A stretch of DNA of 64,000 nt from the human T2T-CHM13v2.0 reference genome, Homo sapiens, in NCBI RefSeq assembly GCF_009914755.1, contig NC_060938.1, one strand, 5' to 3'. This document shows positions 21,067-43,856 of the stretch, piece by piece (position 1 is the stretch's first letter; each line of letters opens with the position of its first letter). The position numbers and the translations under genes were made by a program. A model generated the notes under the pieces. It searched no databases. It worked only from the letters and a program-made list of their open reading frames with translations, and was not told the origin of the DNA.

Positions 21067-21307
21067 TCAAAAAAAATCTCTGGGGAGTAGAGGTTTGAAG
21101 GTGAGGATACTTGTTAAAAAGTGCAGGTTCTGGCTGGGGGCGGTGGCTCATGCCTGTAATCCCAGCACTTTGGGAGGCCGAGGCGGGCAGATCGCCTGAG
21201 GTCAGGAGTTTGAGACCAGCCTGGCCAACATGGTGAAACCCCATCTCTACTAAAATTACAAAAATCAGCTGGGCGTGGTGGTGGGCGCCTGTAATCCCAG
21301 CTACTCA

Positions 21308-21463
<156 letters not shown>

Positions 21464-21636
21464 CTAGGCTTGACTCCCAGAGATTCTATTCAGTATGTCT
21501 GAGGTGGAGTCCAAGAGTTAGTACAGGGGTTTCTTTCCAAAGAATTCCATGCAATACTCCCTAGTCCTCCCACTGGAAGGTCAGGGAATCAGGAGACCTG
21601 GATTCTAGGCCACATTCTACTACTTATCATCTGGGA

Positions 21637-21764
21637 AGGGTTGCCAGATAAAATATGGCATGCAATATTTGGGACATGCAATACTAAAAAATTATTCATT
21701 ATTTATATGAAATGCAAATTTAACTGGGCTTCCTATATGTCTGTTTGCTGAATCTGGCAACCTT
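21637..21764. mobile_element. MER53-like palindromic hAT MITE with an internal deletion, inside a MIR
   Basis: Terminal inverted repeats AGGGTTGCCAGAT...ATCTGGCAACCTT. Internal TGCAATATTTGGGACAT...AAAAAATTATTC...AAATTTAACTGGGC. Confidence 0.8.
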
Positions 21765-21955
21765 CCAGCTGGGTGACCTCAGCCAAGCTGCATAACTTCC
21801 TAGAGCTTCAGTCTACTTATCTGTAAAATGGAGAAATTTGATCTTTCCTTATGGTCCTGAGGATTGAGAGCTTCATGTAAAGTGCTTAACTGCCGTGAAT
21901 GGCACATGGTAAGTGCCCAGTAAATAAGCTATAAGAGGCCGGGCATGGTGACTCA

Positions 21956-22249
<294 letters not shown>

Positions 22250-22497
22250 TTAATTTTAATTTCTCTTACAGCATTAAAATGGAATTCATCAAGTAAGATT
22301 TACACATACTTCTCAGAAATACATCTTATGGCCAGTCTGTCTGGCAGCTGGCTGAGATGGTGAGATATGGACAGCCTGAGGCAGTCCTGGGCCCCAAAGA
22401 GAGGGTTAATGGGGGACATTTAAATTCTCATTCAGGCCGGGTGTGGTGGCTCACACCTGTAATCCCAGCACTTTGGGAGGCCGAGGCAGGATGCTCA

Positions 22498-22784
<287 letters not shown>

Positions 22785-23301
22785 TCAGATTTTAGAGTTT
22801 CCCCAAATGAGCAAACTAGTAGGAAAAAAAAAAAGAGTGTGATCCTTCCAGAAACCAGTAGGGGGGAGTGTGTGCATTTCAGGATAAAACTAAAATACTA
22901 CAGGATTCAGTCAAACAGCCCTGGCTGCAGGTTTTTCGCATCTTGGGAACAATGGAGGGCCTAATAAAGTCCTGGGGAGTGCACTGGTCAAGGCAAGGGT
23001 CAGTGCAGACCCCAAAATGCTGAGAAAATCAGCCTATACAGGGACAGCTCCTGTGGGCCATCTGTGGGAGGATGTTGTGGAAAATGAGAAACTAACGCAG
23101 ATTTGGGAATATGGTATATAGAAGGAAAAAGAGACTTTGTATGTTGAAAGACGCCAAAAAAATCAAAAGCAAGTGAGAAACCAAGAGAAAAAAATTGCAA
23201 ATTGTATGACAAAGAATTACAAAATGTATAAAGCTGTTCCACCAATTATCAAACCAAAGGTCAAAAAACAAAAAACAAAAAACAAACAAACAAAAAAACT
23301 A

Positions 23302-23639
<338 letters not shown>

Positions 23640-25574
23640 TTAATACATAATAAACATACATTTAAAAGATTAATCTCTCTGGCAACAAGGAAATACAAAT
23701 GAAAACACTGCAGGGGCTTTCTGCCTCGTTTTCCTATGCTTATTATCCATTGAGCACTTGTTCTGGGCCAGGCATTGTGCAAAGAGCTTTCTAGACATCA
23801 ACTCAGAATTTAATGTTTACAAAAACTCTGAGAAGTAGGAACAAACATTATCCTCATTTTACCTAAAGAATGCGGCTCTGAAAGGTTAGTAACTTGCCTG
23901 GAGTTTACCCAGCTGGGAAGGGCAAGCAGGGTTCGGACCCATGTTTGTGTGATTCCAAGTCCTTCTTCTCCCCATACTGATTTCTCTGGGACCTCAATTG
24001 ATATGTCCAAGCAGCATCCAGTGCTTGAATATGGTGCTTTGGAGAAGGCCCTGGAAGCTGTGAGCCCCAAGCAGCCAAAGAGGAACAGAAAAGAAAGAAA
24101 GAAACAAACAAAACCTCAGAAAATCAGACAGCAATGGAAGTGGTCCTGGGGAAGCAGGGTGTTTTGGCAGAACATAGAAAATGGGAATTTGGGGACTGGA
24201 GAGATGGGGGTTTGGAACGCCAATTGGGGGCTAGAGGAAACAGTTCGTGGCACATTCTAAGCAGGCTGGGGTCTGGCTGGCTTGAATGTTCACAGCCCTG
24301 GAGGATGGAAGCTGAGGAATCTGTTTGTCATCCACTGCATGCTGAGCTGCCATTCTCATATCTAAACCTTCCAGCCCCAAGTCCCTCATTCCCTCCCTCC
24401 TTCTCGCACCTGCTGGCAGCGGGGGCTCCAATGAATGGACAAGTTCCATGAATTCTTGCCCCTTCCCCCACCTTTTACATAGCCAAGCCCTGGAACAAAA
24501 GGCGCCCTGAGTCTGGGGCCCCTTCCCTGGACTCCTGCCAGCTCCAGGGAGTGCTAGACAGCTGGAGCCGAGCTCCACACCACACCATTTACATCTTTTA
24601 CAGCCTTCCCACCCCATGATCCTCTCTCCCCACTCATGGCCACGGCCTCAGGCCCACTGGACCCCAGGACGCTCCTCCTCGTTCCCTGGAGGTTGAGGGG
24701 AGTTGCTGTGACACAGATAGGGCAGCGGGATATGGGTGTGTGGTTCACATCCTAGAATCCAGGGCTGAAGGTGTAGATCCTTTGTCTAGGACAATCCATC
24801 CCACCCACCAAGCAGCAGCAATGGGAAGCTCCTTGCCTGTCACTTTGTGCTCCTGATTTCAGGCCCCACAGGTGGCTGTCCTGTAGGATTTGGGATCCTC
24901 TTTCCTAGGTGGTTGGTTCCCTATCTCCTTGGATTAGGTATCCTAGTGGTTTTATCCACTGATAAATACACTATTTATTGAGCACCTATTGTGTGCTTGG
25001 AACAATGGTAGGTGCGTCGCATCTGTTTCCTCATTTAATCCTCACCACAGCCCAAGGTGAAATATATGTGGATCCAGAGGCTCACCCCAAGCCTCCTCGG
25101 TCCGCTGGTCCACAGTAGTGACAGGATGTGAATCCAGGTCTTCCCCACCTGCCACCTTGAGTAGGAATCCGAGGACCAACTGGGTAACTCTTCCCTCAAA
25201 CTCTCTTGCACAGTTCCGCAGTCTGCACTGTTTACCTGTTTACCGACTGTCTCCCAAATCACAGGAGCCATCCTATGATCCTGCCCTTTCCTGATCCGCA
25301 GGGATGGCCCCACCCAGGCTCCCCTTCCTCCCAGGCAGCCTCCTAAAGTCCACATTTTGTTTCAAATTCCCGTAGAGCAGGACAGGCCAGGAAAAGGGGC
25401 AGTTATACCTTCCCTTGGTGAGAAGCCCTCTCAAGACACAGGCCTGGCTTTGGTTTGCTGCTCCGCGATTCCTCCTTCCTCTCTTGCAAGCCTTGCCCTT
25501 GTGGACTGGGCCTAATTTCAGACAACATAAGCACTGGTTGATTTTATTTTATTATTATTATTATTATTATTTGA

Positions 25575-25973
<399 letters not shown>

Positions 25974-26810
25974 TGAAGTACCTCCAACTTCCTGGGTTAT
26001 GAGCCAATATATCAAAAGGTACCCTGCAGGGTGAGGACGGAAGACCCTGTGCCCTGGCCACCTCCTGCCTCAGAGAAGCCACAATAGAGCTGTCAGAGGT
26101 GGCCATGGTTTCTGTCAGTCCAGCCAGCCCTCTGTCTGGAGAGCCCAGTGGATCTCTGTAGTCCGTTGAGGGGCTCAGAAGCCATTTCAGCCACAATACT
26201 CCCAAGTATGTACCCAATGAATGATATCACAAAGTGCTGCCTTCAATTACCCCAAAATAAAAATATATAAATAAATATGTGTCTACAGATTGTTTTTTTG
26301 ACCAAGCAATTCTACTTGGTGAGTCTTACAGGAAGGAACTTTTGCAAAACATACACACATTTGTTTACTGCAACACTGTTTCTGATAGTGAAAAACAGGA
26401 AAAAGTCAATGTTCAGTTGCAAGGGATTGCTTAAATAAATTATAATACCTCCCTACAACAAAACATTCTACAGCTGTTAAAAAACGAGGTAATTTTATAC
26501 TGACAAGGAAAGAGATCCATGACATACTGCAGGGTTAAAAAGAGTAAGTTATTGGCCAGGTGCCCTGGCTCATGCTTGTAATCCCAGCACTTCAGGAGGC
26601 TGAGATGGGTGGATCACCTGAGGTCAGGGGTTCGAGACCAGCCTGGCCAACATGGTGAAACCTTGTCTCTACTAAAAATACAAAAATTGGGGCTGGGTGC
26701 AGTGGCTCACGCCTGTAATCCCAGCACTTTGGGAGGCTGAAGTGGGCGGATCACCTGAGGTCAGGGGTTTGAGACCAGACTGGCTATATAGTGAAACCCT
26801 GTCTCTATTA

Positions 26811-27223
<413 letters not shown>

Positions 27224-27354
27224 CTACAGGCGCGTGCCACCACGAATAGCTAGTGGTTTTGTTTGTTTGTTTGTTTGTTTTTGTAGAGATGAGGTTTTGC
27301 AATGTTGCCCTGGCTGGTCTTGAACTCCTGGGCTCAAGAATTGACCCACCTTGA

Positions 27355-27727
<373 letters not shown>

Positions 27728-28261
27728 TGAAACAGAGTCTTGCTGTATCACCCAGGCTGGAGTGCGGTGGCACTATCTCAGCTCACTGCAACCTCTGCCT
27801 CCCGGTTCAAGCAATTCTTCTATCTCAGTCTCCTGAGTAGCTGGGATTACAGGCACGTGTCACCATGCCCGGCTAGTTTTTTTGTATTTTTTAGTAGAGA
27901 CGGGGTTTCGCTATGTTGGCCAAACTAGTCTTGAGCTCCTAACCTCAAGTGATCTGCCTGCCTCGGCCTCCCAGAGTGCTAGGATTACAGGTGTGAGCCA
28001 CTGTGCCGGGCCTGGAAAGCATTTTTTAAATCTCCCCAGGTGTTTCCCATGGGCAGCCAAGTTGGGAAACACTTTTCTAAAGAAATGGAAGGAAGGAAAG
28101 GTTGATTTGGAAAGGAAAGTGAGGTGATACTCTGTTTGTTCTACATGAAAACTAAACAGATACTACTTGCCCTGCTCTTTCTGGGGAAAAAAAGTAAAGG
28201 ACCCAGAGTGGCCTTGAATTACTACTAGACTTATGTAAGCACTCAGTTAGTTGAAGTATAG

Positions 28262-28458
<197 letters not shown>

Positions 28459-28850
28459 TAGTAGAGACGGGGTTTCTCCATGCTGGTCAGGCTGGTCTTG
28501 AACTCCTGACCTCAGGTGATCCGCCCGCCTCAGCCTCCCAAAGTGCTGGGATTACAGGCGTGAGCCACCGCGCCCAACAGCAGTATCAGACTTTCTGACT
28601 ACACCTGAGGCGTTCTAGAAGTTGACCACTTGACTCTAGCAGATCAAGTCTGCAAGAGCAGAAAGAAGGGAAAGAGCCCACGTTGTTGCCTCATTCCGAA
28701 GGGCAAGAACCACCTCCTCATTGGCAAAACAGGAGCATGAATAAAACACAAGTCTGGGCCGGGCACGGTGGCTCACGCCTGTAATCCCAGCACTTTGAGA
28801 GGCCCAGGTGGGTGGATCACGAGGTCAGGAGATCGAGACCATCCTGGCTA

Positions 28851-29222
<372 letters not shown>

Positions 29223-29265
29223 TTAGCCAGGCATGGTAGCAGGTGCCTGTAATTCCAGCTACTCA

Positions 29266-29370
<105 letters not shown>

Positions 29371-29380
29371 TCAAAAAAAA

Positions 29381-29385
<5 letters not shown>

Positions 29386-29449
<64 letters not shown>
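29386..29449. repeat. Perfect (TA)32 microsatellite in an Alu tail
   Basis: 64 nt of uninterrupted TA. Confidence 0.95.
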
Positions 29450-29451
<2 letters not shown>

Positions 29452-30786
29452 AAAAAGAAAACACACAAGTCTGCACAGTGCCTGATATAGTAGAAGTCCT
29501 CAATAAGTTCTAGCTTATTCATTTCAGGAATGGAGGGAGCTTAGAGGTAATTTTAGTGCCTGCAGAATACTAGATGTGCACACTTTACGTTGTGTAAGAC
29601 GTGAAATCTTCACAACATGCCTTTCACGCAGACATTGACATCCTTATTTTACAGATTAATTTAACTAGGTTAGTATCTTGTTAGAAGCTAGAAGTAAAAG
29701 CCCAGTTTTGTTCAACTCCAAATTCCGTACTTTGTTCACCACACTCTGTCACTTCTAAGGGACACTTGGGGTGGGAAATCAACTGTGATTAGGTCCCTCA
29801 TTTTCAGGCTCACCCTACATATGCGTCCAAAGGAAGGGAGCATGTGGCTGAAGTTATCTGGGATTACTTTGCTTAGAGATGATAGGACACCTTAAAAGAC
29901 TGTGCCCATATGTAGTTCTGCAAGGGCCTGAAGTTGAAGCCACACCATGGGAAAAAAAAGGAAGGTCCCATCTCTGAGCCCCAAGGGGAGATGTTAGGGG
30001 TTTTGGACCTTTGTTCTGTATTGTAGATAGATTTGCACAGAGGACCCCTCCCAAACCTACTCACTCCCAATCCCAAAGCTTCCATTTCCTCCTCCCTCAA
30101 AGCAACTGCTGCTTACCTGGCTTTCACACCTGTGTTTTCTGGCCTGGCAGGACAAGTCTACCTTTCCCCCTCCGGAGGATCGACTCCTAATCTGTTTTTT
30201 TTTTTTTTTTTTTTTTTTTTTAGATGGAGTTTTGCTGTTGTTGCCCAGGCTGGAAGTGGCGCGATCTCGGCTCACTGCAACTTCTGCCTCCCGGGTTCAA
30301 GCGATTCTCCTGCCTCAGCCTCCTGAGTAGCTGCGATTACAGGTATGTGCCACCTTGCCCGGCTAATTTTTTTGTATTTTTAGTAGAGATGGGGTTTCTC
30401 CATGTTGGTCAGGCTGGTCTCGAACTCCCGACCTCAGGTGATCTGCCCACCTCGGCCTCCCAAAGTGCTGGGATTACAGGCGTGACACCATGCCTGGCCT
30501 CCTAATCTATTTTTTTTTCTTCACTTCCTTTAACAACCAGTGCCCTTGGGCATTGTCCCATCAACTCTTTTTACCTCTTTTCACATTGCTTGAATCAAAT
30601 ATTCACAAACAGGTATTTCTTGAGCACCCACTTGGACCCAGCAGTGTGAGTGGCACATTAGTCCTGCAGAGACTGTCATGCATCTTCCATTGCTTCCTTC
30701 TCTTGAAATCTTTGCTCTCCCATGCCACCTTCTTCAGGAAACTTTCCTGGGTCTCAGCTCCTCAGTGTCCTCATGGCATTCAGACA

Positions 30787-33289
<2,503 letters not shown>

Positions 33290-33609
33290 CTAATCACTAT
33301 TTTAAAATATGACTAATATTAATTGAGCATTTTGTGTATGATAGCCACTGTACTAAATGCCTGACTTGTATTTCTTCATTTAATCCTTATCACAGTCCTG
33401 TAATGAACTTATATTATTATATCACTATTTTACAGATGAGGAAATTAAGGCTCAGTAGAGCTGGGATTTAAACCCATGTTTATTCAACTCTAAAGCCAGT
33501 GATTTTCATTGCCATTCTATACAGGCTTAGAAATTTTCAATATAGGTGTCCTTAAGCAGTTTCTCCCCTTTTACAGATGTTCTATTTTTTTTTTTTTTTT
33601 GTGAGATAG

Positions 33610-33738
<129 letters not shown>

Positions 33739-34090
33739 TAGGCCCAGCTAATTTTTGTGTCTTTAGTAGAGATGGGGTTTCACCATGTTGGCCAGGCTGG
33801 TCTCAAACTTCTGACCTCAAGTGATCTGCCTGCCTCGGCTTCTCAAAGTGCTGGTATTACAGGTGTGAGCCACCGCACCCAGCCTCAGATCTTCTTTATT
33901 TATTTACAAAAAGAATGCATTCTTGTGGCAAAAATGCAAACAAAACTGAAGTGTGCAAAGTAAAAAAGCTGGCCAGGTGCGGTGGCTCACGCCTGTAATC
34001 CAGCACTTTGGGAGGCTGAGGCAGGCAGATCACCTGAGGTCAGGAGTTTGAGACCAGCCTGACCAACATGGAGAAACCCTGTCTCTACTA

Positions 34091-34249
<159 letters not shown>

Positions 34250-34834
34250 TCAAAAAAAACCCGCCTCTTTCCACAAACCTCTTCTCCAGGGTTTTCCATT
34301 AGTTTGCTCCATTTATAGTCTCCCAGACACTTCTTTCTACTCCCTAAACACGTGTATATATATATACATACATAATAGATAGATTTTTGCAAAAGTGGAT
34401 TCATAAGATTTATTTAACTCTGAAATCCCACTTTAATTTGGCTATCTTTCTGGGTTAGTTCCCATAGATCTATTGACACATCAGTAGTGGGTAATATAAT
34501 TGAACTAAAATGTTCCCTCCTGGTGAATCGCTTGAACCAGACGGAGGTGGAGGTTGCGGTCAGTTGAGATCGTGCCATTGCACTCCAGCCTGGGCAACAA
34601 GAGCGAAACTCCATCTCAAAAAAAAAGTTTCCTCTTGGTAATTTTTTTCGCTATTTTCCTCTAGGTGACTTTAGAGAATTGTCCTTTTTCTTTCTCTCCT
34701 CTTTTTCTCCTCTTTTCTTACCCCTTTGGCTTTAGATCTTATCTAGATGCTAACAACTCCCACACTTACTTCACTCTTACCTGGAACATTTTGTAATTTT
34801 ACGTATTTTGAAAATTTACTTTGAATTGGGTTTA

Positions 34835-35183
<349 letters not shown>

Positions 35184-35566
35184 TCAAAAAAACAAAAGAC
35201 AAACAAAAACAAACAAACAAACAAAACAACAAAAAAAGAAACTCTGGAAGGAAACTAATAAAGGTGGTTGCCAGTGTGTGGTAATGGGGGATGAAAGGAG
35301 TTGGGAGTAAACTAACCAAGACCAAAGATACTAGGCCTGAGAGGAAGAGCAGGGTGATTGGGAGACGTTGAGTTTGGCCTTGTGGTCTTGTTTCCCCTTC
35401 ATGGATGAAATAGAGAGGGCTGAAGAAATGCAACAAACTCGGAGGGGAAGGACCACAAGCCCTTGAAACTGCTTCAGGGCCAACTGTTCCCCTAGTGGGT
35501 ACCTGTGCCTGTTTTCTTGGGGTGGGAGAAGGGCTGAGTTATTGACAAGCCTTCTTGCCTCGCCAG

Positions 35567-35728
35567 GTACGTTTCCTGAGGACAGCTGCTCTGTGAAGCC
35601 CACTGCCCCAAAGGCACCTATCAAAGACCCTGCAAACAAGCAGATGGCAATCCAGGTTGCCAATGACATTGCCCATCCCAGGTACCTGGGCTGCCTGCTT
35701 TTCCCTGAAGTGGGAGCCTGGCTTGCAG
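35567..35728 (+). other. VRTN: Candidate alternative non-coding 5' exon of VRTN (162 nt)
   Basis: Unique sequence with branch-like TTGAC at about 35542-35546, pyrimidine tract CCTTCTTGCCTCGCCAG| and a perfect donor CAG|GTAAGT at 35729. I also have an unverified recollection of a longer VRTN isoform starting near the ABCD4 promoter. Confidence 0.5.
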
Positions 35729-36565
35729 GTAAGTGTCCTTCCCCTTTGCTCCTTTAAAGTGATACTTCACTCCTGAAATAAAATGTTTCATCTTTTTATT
35801 GTAAAAGTTATTAAGCACACCCAAAATGAAAAATGGTATAATGAACCACTCAGAATGAATAGTAAAATGAACTCCTGATCCAAAAAGTATCACATTGTGC
35901 CATATATATTCTTTTTTCTGATTAAAAAAATCAAATCCCTGACATTTTATTCCTAAATTCTGAAATGTATATCTAAAAGTTTAGAACATTTTCCTATGTA
36001 ACCATCATACTGTTCTCACTCCTAACAAATTTAACATTAATTGCTTCGTATACTCTAATATCTAATCTATATTCACACTTACCCCTAAGTGAAATGACTT
36101 AAAGCCATGAATAATGTTAGATTGGAGTTGCAAATGAAACCAGAGAAGCCAGCATCAGCCTGACAGCCCTCTTAGCACAGATCTCTGAGAAACGCCAGTA
36201 CCCAGGAATGAGGGGCTCAAGAAATACTTGTTACTTTCCTCAGTAATAGCAAGTCATGGTAGCTCTCATTATGAGCTCTTACCATAGAGAATTTGCTATG
36301 CACTCTTCTGTTCTGACTGGAAGACTGCGTTCACTCTTTGTGTGTCTTCCACAGAGCTGAGTATAATGCCTACACAGAGTAGATGTTTAACAAATTGTAA
36401 TTTGTTTTTTGTTTTAGAGATAGAATCTTGCTCTGTTGCCCAGGCTGGAGTGGAATGGCATAATCACAGCTCACTGAAGCCTCAAACTCCTGGGCTCTAG
36501 TGATCCTCCTGCTTCAGCCTCCTGAGTAGCTGGGACTATAGTTGCATGCCACCACATTCAGCTAA

Positions 36566-36739
<174 letters not shown>

Positions 36740-37439
36740 TAGATTTTTAGTAGAGATGAGGTTTCACCATGTTGGCCAGGTTGCTCTCGAACTCCTGACT
36801 TCAGGTGATCTGCCTGACTTGGACTCCCAAAGAGCTGGGATTACAAGAGTGAGCCACTGTGCCAAGCCATTTTTTTCTTTTCTTTTTTTTTGAGACAGGG
36901 TCTTACTAGGGTGCCCAGGTTGACTTTGAACCCCTGGCCTCAAGTGATCCTCCTGCTTCAGCCTCCCAAGTAGCTAGGATTACAGGTGGGAGCCACTAAT
37001 TGTAATTTGAATTGACAATCATATTTCCCTGGTATTATTTCCTCAGGGCCAAGTAGTGTTATGGCTGTTTTATCAGATCATTTCATTGGCCCTGTAAAGT
37101 AGATATCACTCGCCCCATTTCACAGATGAGGAAACTGAGGGTCAGGCATGTTCAAAGTTCTGTAACTAGGAAGTAGGGGAGCTGAGACTCAATTCTGGTT
37201 GCTCTGACTCCAGAGTCTGAGTGGTCATCCATCTCTTGGTAGTCACCAAGGGACTCTGGATGGGGGAGTAAAGGTCTCAGTCCTGGGTACAGGCAAAGAG
37301 AGGGTAAAAGAGAAGGGTGGAGGAGGGGGAGAGAAAAAGGAAGGAGAAAGAAAGAACAAAAGAAAAAGAAATCAGGGTGGGCATGGTGGCTCATGTCTGT
37401 AATCTCAACACTTCAGGGGCCAAGGCAGTGGGAGGATCA

Positions 37440-38332
<893 letters not shown>

Positions 38333-39382
38333 CTACCTCCGCCTCCCAAAGTGCTGGGATTACAGGCGTGAGCCACCATACCCGGCCAATGAGAAGCCTT
38401 TTGAGTTTCAACTCTCACACTCTAAAGTCTAGAGTTCAGTCTGTAGACATCATTGTATTCCTGGGGCTAGCCTGGAACCTGGCACATATTAAGAGCTCAA
38501 ATATCTGTTGAATGAATGACTGAATGTATGAATAAATGCACAAGTGAATAAATAAATGATTGAATGAATGATGAATTATATGAAATAACAATTTATTTTT
38601 ATTTTTATTTTTTGAGACGGAGTCTTGCTCTGTCGCCCAGGCTGGAGTGCAGTGACGCAATCTCAGCTCACTGCAGCCTCTGCCTCCTGGGTTCAAGCAA
38701 TTCTCCTGCCTCAGCCTCCTGAGTAGCTGGAGTACGCGCAGCCACTCCCGGCTAATTTTTGTGTTTTTAGTAGAGACGGGGTTTCACCATGTTGGCCAGG
38801 ATGGTCTTGATCTCCTGACCCTGTGATCCGCCTGCCTCGGCCTCCCAGAGTGCTGGGATTACAGGTGTGAGCCACCGTGCCCAGCTGAAATAACAAATTA
38901 TTTAACAAGTCATTGAGTGAATGAATTAATTGATGGGACAGATGGATGAATTCTTTAAATCTCTGTAGAAAGAAGGTGAGTAGGGAAGAGAATAACTGAA
39001 TAGCAGCACTATTTACTGAGCATTTCATTATTAGACCAGTGCTAAGAATTTCACAGTTTTTCCATTTAATCCTCACAGCAACCTCTCTGGGGTTGTTACC
39101 ATCATTTTCTAAGAGAGCAATTAGATCTGGGGAGGCCAGGTAATTTACTCCATGTCCCACAGGGCAAAGCTGGAATACTGACCCTATCATACTCCAAAAT
39201 TTAGACTTTTTACCACCCAATCAATGTCCTGTTCAACATAGGACTTGCTTTTAGTAGCTGATGCAAGTTCAGGTGAGCCACCACTTACACAACCCCTGGA
39301 AAGCTGTAAATTTAAACATAAACATTGTTAATTACTTCTTTAAAGCTTTTCTATTGCATGTCTCTTTATTTATTTATTTTGA

Positions 39383-39676
<294 letters not shown>

Positions 39677-40259
39677 TAAGTGAAGGATTACCCCCAACTC
39701 CTCTGCTTCTGAAATCTGAATTTTGTTCAAAGCGAGGTATATATTAACTAAAGATGTCTACTTGTGGAAGCTGGTTTAGTTATTGCTGGGAAACTGGGAT
39801 TTTGGTGTTTGAACACCTTAATAACCAGGCCCTTAATTTTGTGACATCTCATCTTGACAGTTTAAATAAAAGTAAATTAAAATTTACCAAATCCCAAACC
39901 CATTAAAGAAAAGACAGATACGTCAGTCCAGGAGTTTGAGATCAGCCTGGGTATGGTATGCTCCTGTTCCTCAGGAGGCAGAGGCGGAGGCAGAGGCAGA
40001 AGAATCCCTTGAACTCAGGAGTTCGAGGCTGCAATGAGCTGTGACTACACTACTGCATTCCAGCCTGGGTGACACAGCAAGACCCTGCTTCAGAAAAAAA
40101 AAAAAGACAAGACAGATTTGTACCATATCTGTTCGGACTGTGGTTCAAAGTCCAACTAGGAACCACAAATTCAGAAAAAATATTTCTAATTCCTGTCATC
40201 AACCAAGGACTGTCTTAATATATCCTACATTTATTTCTGAGGGCTTGTGCAAAATAAAA

Positions 40260-40394
40260 CTATACATGTATGTGTATGTAAATATGTGTATATATGTATT
40301 CGTGTATATATGTATATGCGCACATACACGTGAATGTATATATGTGTATGTGTGTGCATATATGTGTACATATATATACACACATATACACACT

Positions 40395-40395
<1 letters not shown>
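40260..40395. repeat. (TA/TG/CA) low-complexity purine-pyrimidine tract
   Basis: TATACATGTATGTGTATG...CACATATACACAC. Confidence 0.85.
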
Positions 40396-41490
<1,095 letters not shown>

Positions 41491-41496
41491 CATGCT

Positions 41497-42801
<1,305 letters not shown>

Positions 42802-43051
42802 TTATACATAACCCATCTCTGGAGTGATGCACTAGAAACAATACTGGCTGCTTCTGGAGAGAGAAACTGTAGTAGAGAAAAGAGCTGAAATTTGAATCCT
42901 GATCTTTTTGTAAAATTTTTATTTTTATTTTTCATTTATTTTTTTGAGACAAGGTCTTGCTCTGTTGCTCAAGCTGAAGTGCAGTGGTACAACCTTGGCT
43001 CACTGCAGCCTTCACCTCCTGGGCTTATTGATCCTCCTGCCTCAGCCCTGA

Positions 43052-43472
<421 letters not shown>

Positions 43473-43706
43473 TAGTCAAAAATGTTTTTAAAATAGCTTA
43501 ACATAAAACAAAAATATCCTTGGCCAGGCATGGTCGCTCACATCTGTAATCCCAGCACTTTGGGAGGCCAAAGTGGGTGGATCACCTGTGGTCAGGAGTT
43601 CGAGACCACCCCGGCCAACATGGCGAAACCCTGTCTCTACTAAAAATACAAAAATTAGCTGGGTGTGGTGGCAGGGGCCTGTAATCCCAGCTACTGGGGA
43701 GGCTTA

Positions 43707-43856
<150 letters not shown>

